Below are positions 37,766 to 64,000 of a stretch of 64,000 bases of DNA, one piece after another. The notes below the pieces were generated by a model, which saw nothing but the letters and a program-made list of their open reading frames with translations, had not been told where the DNA came from and searched no databases. The stretch comes from Vicugna vicugna (taxonomy: Eukaryota): NCBI GenBank assembly GCA_013265495.1, contig MU058233.1:97038-161037 (forward strand). The letters are read 5' to 3'. The position numbers and the translations under genes are program-made. The first letter of the stretch is position 1. Each line of letters starts with the position of its first letter.

Positions 37766-38666
37766 TTTCTCTTGACTATTGATAGAAGGCTCTGGGGCTG
37801 AACAATTCCTCTGAGACAGAAAAGATAATCAAAGGTGAAGGTTTTGCCATGGGGAACAGGAACCAGCTGTGAATCTAACTGACCAAATCTTGCCTTCACA
37901 TTCTCCTTTTCAGATCTCCATAAATAACCAGCTCCCCAAATCCCCCCCAGGAACCATCTTTACTATCTGGCTGGTTCCCTCATTCATGACTTAAGCAACC
38001 CTCCAGCCCACGTTTTTGCATATTCATATGAGAGTTAGCTGTTAATTTTGGAAAACCACACCAGTGAAGTCTCGATGACACAACAACGTGACCTGACACC
38101 TGTTTCCAGGTACACAAACCACCCCACGCCCCCAGCACCTGTGACAGACATTACTAATTGATCACAGACCCCTCAGACTCTACTTAAGGCCCTGGGCAGC
38201 CAGCCACCACCCGTTCCTTTGCAATCACACCTATTCACCATTCCTCTAGTAGAAGGTGGCCCCAGCACTGGAGCCCCGTCCGAGGGAGCCGACGGCATCT
38301 CCGTGGGAGGTGGTGCATTTCTGCGTGCTCAGTGAGCAGTTGGTGGAGTGGTTTCCTTCATTCGACATCTTGGAAAAAAACATCTTTTAAACAAGGTTCC
38401 TTTCTGCTTGCTGGGCCTCGGGCTGCAGGTCAGAGAGGAACAGGATTTTTAGTCCTTGCCTTGGGAGGTTCGGAGACCCAGGAGGACGAGGGGCAGGTGG
38501 TGGCAGTGGAGTGTACTTTGTTTACACCCTAGAGTTCCCACTTCTTGTATGACCTTGGGCAAGTCACTTCCCCTGCCCTCAGTTTCTTCTCCCGTGAGTT
38601 GGAGTAATCATAAGAAGTTACTTCCTGTAAACCTTATTTAACATAGGCTGTTGATTCATTCACATT

Positions 38667-38799
38667 GCTTTTTTTAAAAATTTTTTTAGCGGGGGAGGTA
38701 ATTAGATTTTTATTTGTCTTTAATGGAGGTACTGGGGATTGAACCCAGGACCTTGTACATGCTAAGCCTACACTCTGCCACTGAGCTATACACCCCCCC
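38667..38799 (-). mobile_element. Vic-1-like SINE
   Basis: atggaggtactggggattgaacccaggaccttgtacatgctaagcctacactctgccactgagctatacacccc; short TSD cacatt. Confidence 0.88.
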
Positions 38800-38805
38800 C
38801 ACATT

Positions 38806-39075
38806 TCGAACATTTTGAACAGCGAAATCACCAACAAAGATGCAAAAGATGTGGCCCTGAACAGCCCACAGGAAACTCTGTTTGCAGTGTGAGAGCCGAC
38901 ACAGGCAGTGGCAGCTGGGAATGTGTGCCTCAGGAGACTCAAAGTTTAGCCCAAACGTTTTGCATGTAAGTACTGATTTGGTGGTTACCAAAAAAAAAAA
39001 AAAAAGAAAGAAAGAAAAAAGAAAAAATTGTGAGTAGGCAAATTTGCAGATATGAAATCTGAATAATGAGCATGC
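38806..39075. mobile_element. Tigger (Tigger4/MER46-like) DNA transposon fragment
   Basis: ttttgaacagcgaaatcaccaacaaa...gagtaggcaaatttgcagatatgaaatctgaataatgag. Confidence 0.65.
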
Positions 39076-39879
39076 ACTCTGCACCAATAGGGGTGGGTGC
39101 GTCACACACAGGAGGGCCAGGCACCAGCCTGTGCAACTGAGCAGAGCCCAAGGCCATGGGGATTGGGCACACCTAGCCTCCCTTCCCTTTCTTCCTTGAG
39201 GGCCCAATAAACCTTTTCCAGATGCAAATCCCATCTCACCCACCCGCTCCTAACTTGTGTCCTGTCCTCTGTCCTTCCCCAGTTTTGGGTGAAGATCTCC
39301 TTCCCAGTCGGCTGGGCTCCTGCAGGCATGTCTCCAGGGGAACTAGGCCCCCACTGTCTGCCTGGCCTGTTTCCCCCACTTTCCTGGGTTGCAGTTTTAT
39401 AACTGTACAATTATGGCCCATCTTGTCCCCTCCACCCCAACCACTGAAGGGGATGGTCTTGAATGAAGGAATCCTCTTTTTCTCTTGTGGCAACTCTAGC
39501 TGTTGAATGAACATTCACTGAATAAGTGAGGGGACAGGTAAGGAGGAGAGGGCATGCTACGGCTGACCACGTGGCACTAGGGGACCTGTTCCTTGGGAAT
39601 CAAAGATAGTGGGCCAGGAGACCCCTTATCCTCACCCCATTCAGCTCTGATGATAGCCTCTGGCCCCAGTCTGGGGTAGGGAGCCTGCCTGTCCTGGGGC
39701 CTGGAGTGGGGGTCTAGGGCAATCACTGAAGGCTGGAGGTGGCAGGGAGGATTGCTTAGAATTCTGCATTTGCAAAAGCAATACTGGAATGTGGTAAAGG
39801 CAATTCACACTAGTCCTCAAGAGGTTTGATGAAAAGGACGGACTCCTCCCAAAGCAACCACTGTTCCTAGTTCCTCCTG

Positions 39880-40075
39880 TGAAAATCCTGGCTCTTTCTC
39901 TTGCTGGCTGTGTAACTTCTTGGCATAAGACCTAAATTCTCGGGGCTGCAATTTTCTCATCTGTAAAATCGGGATATATAATGGCAAGTACTTCATGGAA
40001 TCATTGTGAGAAATAAATAAATTAATATATGAAAAGACTACTGCTTGGTATATGGTATAAGCAATGTCTTACCTG
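39880..40075. mobile_element. MIR remnant
   Basis: aatcctggctct...ggctgtgtaact...ttttctcatctgtaaaatcgggat...ttgtgagaaataaataa. Confidence 0.7.
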
Positions 40076-41175
40076 TTATAAGCATGCAATATACTATACA
40101 TGCATATCTGGTACAATACTATGCACCATATGTATAAAACTAGATACACATGTAGGTATTGTGTAAACACACATCCCTCTCCAGTGACATTTTTTTAAAT
40201 CATTTAGAATCTTTTCATTGTAATATAAAGTGTGAAGACAGAGAAGGCATAAAAATATATTAACTCAAGAAATTATTATAAGGCAAACATACCTTGGTCA
40301 AGAAGTAGAATCTTGCCAGCAACTCCAGGAGCTGCTTCCAGGTATCCCATCCCAGTCACCGCCCTCCCCCCTTACCTCCAGCGACTAGTCTAGTTCCTTG
40401 TTCTGCATCTTGCTTCCACTGAGTTATAAACTTTGGAGCACTTTTCATGTGAGCACATGCATATTTAACTCTGCCTCTAAGAATCTGCTGTGTGTTACTG
40501 CATAGAAAGTATGTACCAGGATTTATCTACCCTTAGGACTCCTGCGCTATCTCCTAGGTTTGTTGCAAGTTGGTGGACAGTTTGTAACTCTCGAATACAA
40601 CTTTATATGCATAACCTGTAACACATCCGCTAAGAATTTACTCTATCCAGCCTCCAGCGCTGGGGTAAACGGGCCACGTCCCAGGAATTAATGGTGGTTA
40701 TGGCAAACGTGCACCCCCCCTCCCCGGATGCACAGGCAAGGGACCCAGGGAAAGGCTGCAGCAAGAGAACCGGCTGGGGAGCGACCCTCGGCCCTTGCCC
40801 AGGCTTGCAACTCCCGGACCATCCCAAGGGGGCGGGCCTGCTGCTGGCCCCGCCCCAACCACCTGGTACCGCCCCCAGACTAGCCCTGCTTCTCAGGGAC
40901 CCGCCCCGCCGCCGACGCCGCCACCCACTAAGCGCAGCCGCCCGCCAGGCCCCGCCCCGTCCAGGCCAGGCCCCGCCCCACCCTGGCCAGGCCCGCCCCC
41001 AGGCCCCGCCCCGCCCAGCGCGCACTGCGCTTGCGCCGGCGTCTCTGGCTCTGGGGCCCGGCGGCCGCGGCTCTTTTGTTTCCCTGCCGGAGCCCGAGCC
41101 GCATCCCGGGATAGGGTCGGAACCCGGGTCAAGACCGGGTTGGAGTCGGATCGCGTCGGCAGCCCGGGCTGCCCG

Positions 41176-41223
41176 ATGGGGCGCGCCCCCTGCCCTCCGC
41201 CCCCGGCCCGCGCCCTCGCCTGA
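41176..41223 (+). other. Candidate upstream ORF in the ULK1 5' leader ([15 protein letters not shown])
   Basis: ccgATGG at 41176, in-frame TGA at 41221-41223, ending 29 nt before the main ATG. Confidence 0.55.
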
Positions 41224-41252
41224 GCCCCGGCCTGCCTGGCCCGGCCCGCGCC

Positions 41253-60481
<19,229 letters not shown>

Positions 60482-62009
60482 CCCCCCACTCCCCAAGGCC
60501 CGGCTCGTGGTGCCCGAGGGCCTGGACCTTCTCTGCCGATCCTGCGGGGTGGGGAGCATCGTGCTGGCCGGGCAAGCCGGCGGCCTTGGCACTGCTCGCT
60601 GGTGCCTGGGCAAGGACCGCCCCACGCCCCACCCAGTGTCCGGAGCTGGGTCTCCAGCTGCATCTCCCGGGCTCTGTGGCCATGAACTTCAGGGCGCTGG
60701 AAGGCCTCACCCAGAACCTCAACTCAGGCCAGTCCTCTGGCCTCGCTGACGGATGGGCAGAACTCCCAGCCGGCAATCAGAACTTCTTTCCCGGCTGCCT
60801 CGATGACAGGTGGGGATGCGTGGGCATCTCCTGAGCCTGCCATGACCCCAGGGCCGTCCCGCCCAGGACAGGCAGAGGCCCTGAGACCGTGATGCCCACT
60901 CAAGCCAAAGCCGCCAGGCCTGCCCAGCGGACCCACCCAGGAAAAGGTGTGTCCTCCTGGCTCCTTCCTCTGTCCTTCCCTGAGACCACCCCTCAGCTTT
61001 GTGAGTCACCCAGCACTTTATTCAGGCGGACTGGAACCGGGACGCCCTCGGTCCCATCGGTTGCACTACAAGGCGCGTGTACACATCTGTACCCACGTGC
61101 ACGTGTGTAAATAGCCCCACGAGCACGTGCGCTGTGCCTGCCGCCCGGGGCCTCTCGGGGACACACAGCCGTCTTAAGTAATGTTCTTTTAGGGACGGAC
61201 AGTATGAAGCACCAAGCTTCCTGAACCCAGCAGAGACGTTGCGGTCTTTCACACTTTACTGCTAAAATGTGTCTTATTTTCTGCAGCTCTTTTTTTAAGA
61301 AGACTTGTACGAGTTGAGGATGTTTTGTTTTGAAAGGGTGAGGGCAGGATGGGGGCAGCCTCGGCGTCATCGGGGATGCGGAGACCTAGGGGACATGTGG
61401 TCTGCCCAGCCCCTGCCCATGTTCCCTGCCCGCACATGGTGGGCAGGTGAGCTGGACCCTTTTTGTGTGCCAGCTTTCACAGTGGGTTTTGATGTCAAGT
61501 CCCCCTGGCCCCCAGCCAGGTCCTGGCCGCCAGGGCGGGGTCAGTGGGGAAGCAGCCTTCCCCGGTCGGCCTGGCTCTGCCTAGCTCCCCTCGAGCATGT
61601 CCCCAAGAGCGCAGAGGGAGCCTGTGCCCGTCCAGGCACCCGGGGCAGGGGCTTTGAGGCCTCACCACAGACGCGGTGAACGAAGACCCTCCGTGTTTCT
61701 CTCTGCAATACTTGAAGTCTTGCCGCTCTGCTTGGACCTGGAAGAACAGCAGCCCTGGGACTCGTTTCTGTCTCATCACCGTTGACTTGAGTTTCTCCTC
61801 CTGCGCAGAACGTGTTTGTATTTATTGCTTTATGGTCGGCTGGAATCCGGGGCCCCGGGAGGCTGGCGCCCCAGGAGGGGCCTTGCAGCTTCCCGTCCCC
61901 CTGCCCGCCGACCCTGTTCTCCATGACACGGCTGTCGACTCCTGGTCTACTTTAAAAGAAGTTTCGTGTGGCCCCCTTTGCGTTAAGTTGTGTAATATCA
62001 ATTTAAGGA

Positions 62010-62015
62010 AATAAA
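62010..62015 (+). terminator. ULK1: ULK1 polyadenylation signal AATAAA
   Basis: AATAAA about 1.5 kb after the stop, preceded by TGTA (tgtgtaatatc) and followed by a GT-rich tract (ggtgtgactggtggttggtttgt). Confidence 0.85.
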
Positions 62016-62859
62016 CCTTTGGAGATGTTAAGCTGGTGTGACTGGTGGTTGGTTTGTCACTGTCTCTGGTTCTCCTGTCGCCTCTGTTCTGCAGCAGCAG
62101 AATTTTGGAGGTCAGGCTCAGGGCCAGGCTGGGCGCTCAGAGATGTGGGGTCCAGCTTGTGCCTGTCCCCCACCCGTGTCCCTGCCGAGTTGGCTCACCC
62201 AGGCCCTCGGGATGCCTGCCTCTCAGTCCCCTGTGGCTACATGGAGGAGGGGGATGTGGGTGGGGTGGGGACTCCGCGTTTCCCGATGACGCACCAGGCT
62301 GGACTTGGACAGCGGCCGCACCATTTCCACCCCCAACCGTTCTCCACATCCGGGTCAGTGGGAGGCGATCGCCGCTGTGGCTTTCATTTGCATGTCCCTG
62401 ATGGTTAGTGACTTTGAGTGTCTTGTCCTGTGTTTTGATGGCACTTCTCTAGCTCTTTTTTGGAGAAACCTCTCTTCCAGGCGTTTGCCTGCTTTTTTCT
62501 CTTTTTTGTTGTTGAGTGGTATGGTTTGCATTTTTTTAAACGATGTATTGTTTTAATAAGTTAAAAATAACTTGATAAGTTACCAAAAAGGCTAACCACA
62601 ATGTGAATCGAAAGTTCGTGGAGAGGCAGTGTGAGAGGAAGTGGAAGGTGGGGCCTCGGAAGGCTGGGTCCCGGCAGGCTGCCCCAGTCTGGCTTCCTGG
62701 AGCGCCTGCCCCCGGTCTGCAGACAGGAAGGGCCGGGCCTGGCGGAGAGCGGCCCGGGGACTGCAGCCCCTTCCGCTCTGTGGGGTTCCTGGGATGTCGG
62801 GAGCAGGAAGAAACGCCAAAAGAGGATTAAGGCAATCGTGGCATTTTGTTCGTCTATTT

Positions 62860-63310
62860 AAATTAAATAGACCTCTGAGCCCTGTGCTGTCCCCACAATT
62901 TTGCCTCTTCCAGAATGTCGCAGAGTTGGAATCCTACAGAGGGTAGCCTTATCAGATTGCCTTTTTCCGTGTCTTCATGGCTTGGTGGTTCACGTCTTTT
63001 CAACACTAAATGACACTCCCAGCCTCTCTCCCTTCTGAGTGAGACGGACCACATTCTCGAGTGTGTATCTGCCGAGCACCCAACCTCCATAACTTGTGGC
63101 CTTTCTTTTGCCTTCTGAAACAGCCTGCACCCCGTCTATGGAGTATGTATCTCTCTAAATATATCTATCTTTACTCCAAGAAAAAAATGACACTCCTCTG
63201 TCTGGATGGACCATAATTAATTCTCCGTTCACCTACTGAAGGATGTTGTCTTGCTTCCAAGTTTGGGTATTTATGGATAAAGCTGCTGTAAACATCCCTG
63301 TGCAGAAGCA
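62860..63310 (-). mobile_element. L1M fragment downstream of ULK1
   Basis: ttttgcctcttccagaatgtc...gttggaatcctacag...ttcacctactgaaggatg...ttgcttccaagtttggg...ataaagctgctgtaaacatcc. Confidence 0.7.
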
Positions 63311-64000
63311 TGACAGTAAGGCAGGCCCAGGAGGGCTGGCAGGGCCTGGGGGTACAGCAACCACTGGCTCCCACCTTTCTTTCTGAGGACTTGATAGTCC
63401 CCTGCATGCTTCAAAGGGACCCCCCAGCCAGGAGGCTCAGCTTGGGTGTCTGCACCGCTTCAAACTATGCCCCTCTGGGGCAGTCCTAATCCCACAGGCC
63501 TCAGTTTACCCTCTATAAATCAGAGATGCAAGATCTCCCTCCGAGGCCAGTGGCAGGGAAGGAGTGTGCCCTGGAATAGGAGTCTCTGTGGTAAGGGGTG
63601 GTGGGCTCTGTGTGGAGGTGGGGTGCTGTGTGAAGGTGCCCAAGTGCTTCCTCAGGCCACTCAGCCTCCTGAGTTCCCCACATCACACGTGACCTTGACC
63701 TTCCTGACACCTGGAACCCTGGGGTGGCTCCTCCTTCCCTTCTGCAGAGGGCGGCCTGTCCTGGGGGGTGTTCAGCACAGGTGAGCTGTCCCCTCCTACC
63801 TGCCTGAGTGCTTTCCCATCTAGGCCTGACTTCTCAGCTCAGAGAGGCTGAGTAGAGTTTGGTCCAGGAGAGAGTCCTTGTCACAAGCACTGGCCCACTT
63901 CCTGTCTCATGGCTCTGCTTGTTCTGGACATTGCACATATGATCAACTCGTAAACATGCAGTTAGGGGCACAGACCCTGCAACACAGTTGAAAATCTGGA

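Noticed and set aside
61094..61105. Perfect 12-bp palindrome CACGTGCACGTG (tandem E-boxes) in the ULK1 3'UTR
   Set aside because: Lies in a low-complexity CA/GT-rich patch; no support for function.

Overview
GC-rich mammalian genomic DNA, probably camelid given the Vic-1-like tRNA-derived SINEs. It holds two intron-containing genes on the + strand in the conserved order MMP17 then ULK1. MMP17 (MT4-MMP) has 10 coding exons; its start codon lies in a 685-N gap and the visible CDS (1301-18635) is intact. ULK1 has 28 coding exons (41253-60481) and a polyA signal at 62010. Between them is about 22 kb rich in MIR, L2, L1, MLT/ERV LTRs, MER5/MER58/Tigger and young SINEs, plus an orphan CpG island. 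I found no evidence of a new multi-gene system. Strongest anomalies: (1) ULK1 has lost the intron-24 acceptor and the first ~23 nt of exon 25, predicting a frameshift that removes ~155 C-terminal residues (a real allele or an assembly error); (2) a perfect 69-bp locally templated insertion inside an old L1; (3) a proline-rich uORF in the ULK1 5' leader. Orthologue comparisons use my recollection of the human proteins. Repeat boundaries and family names are by-eye estimates.
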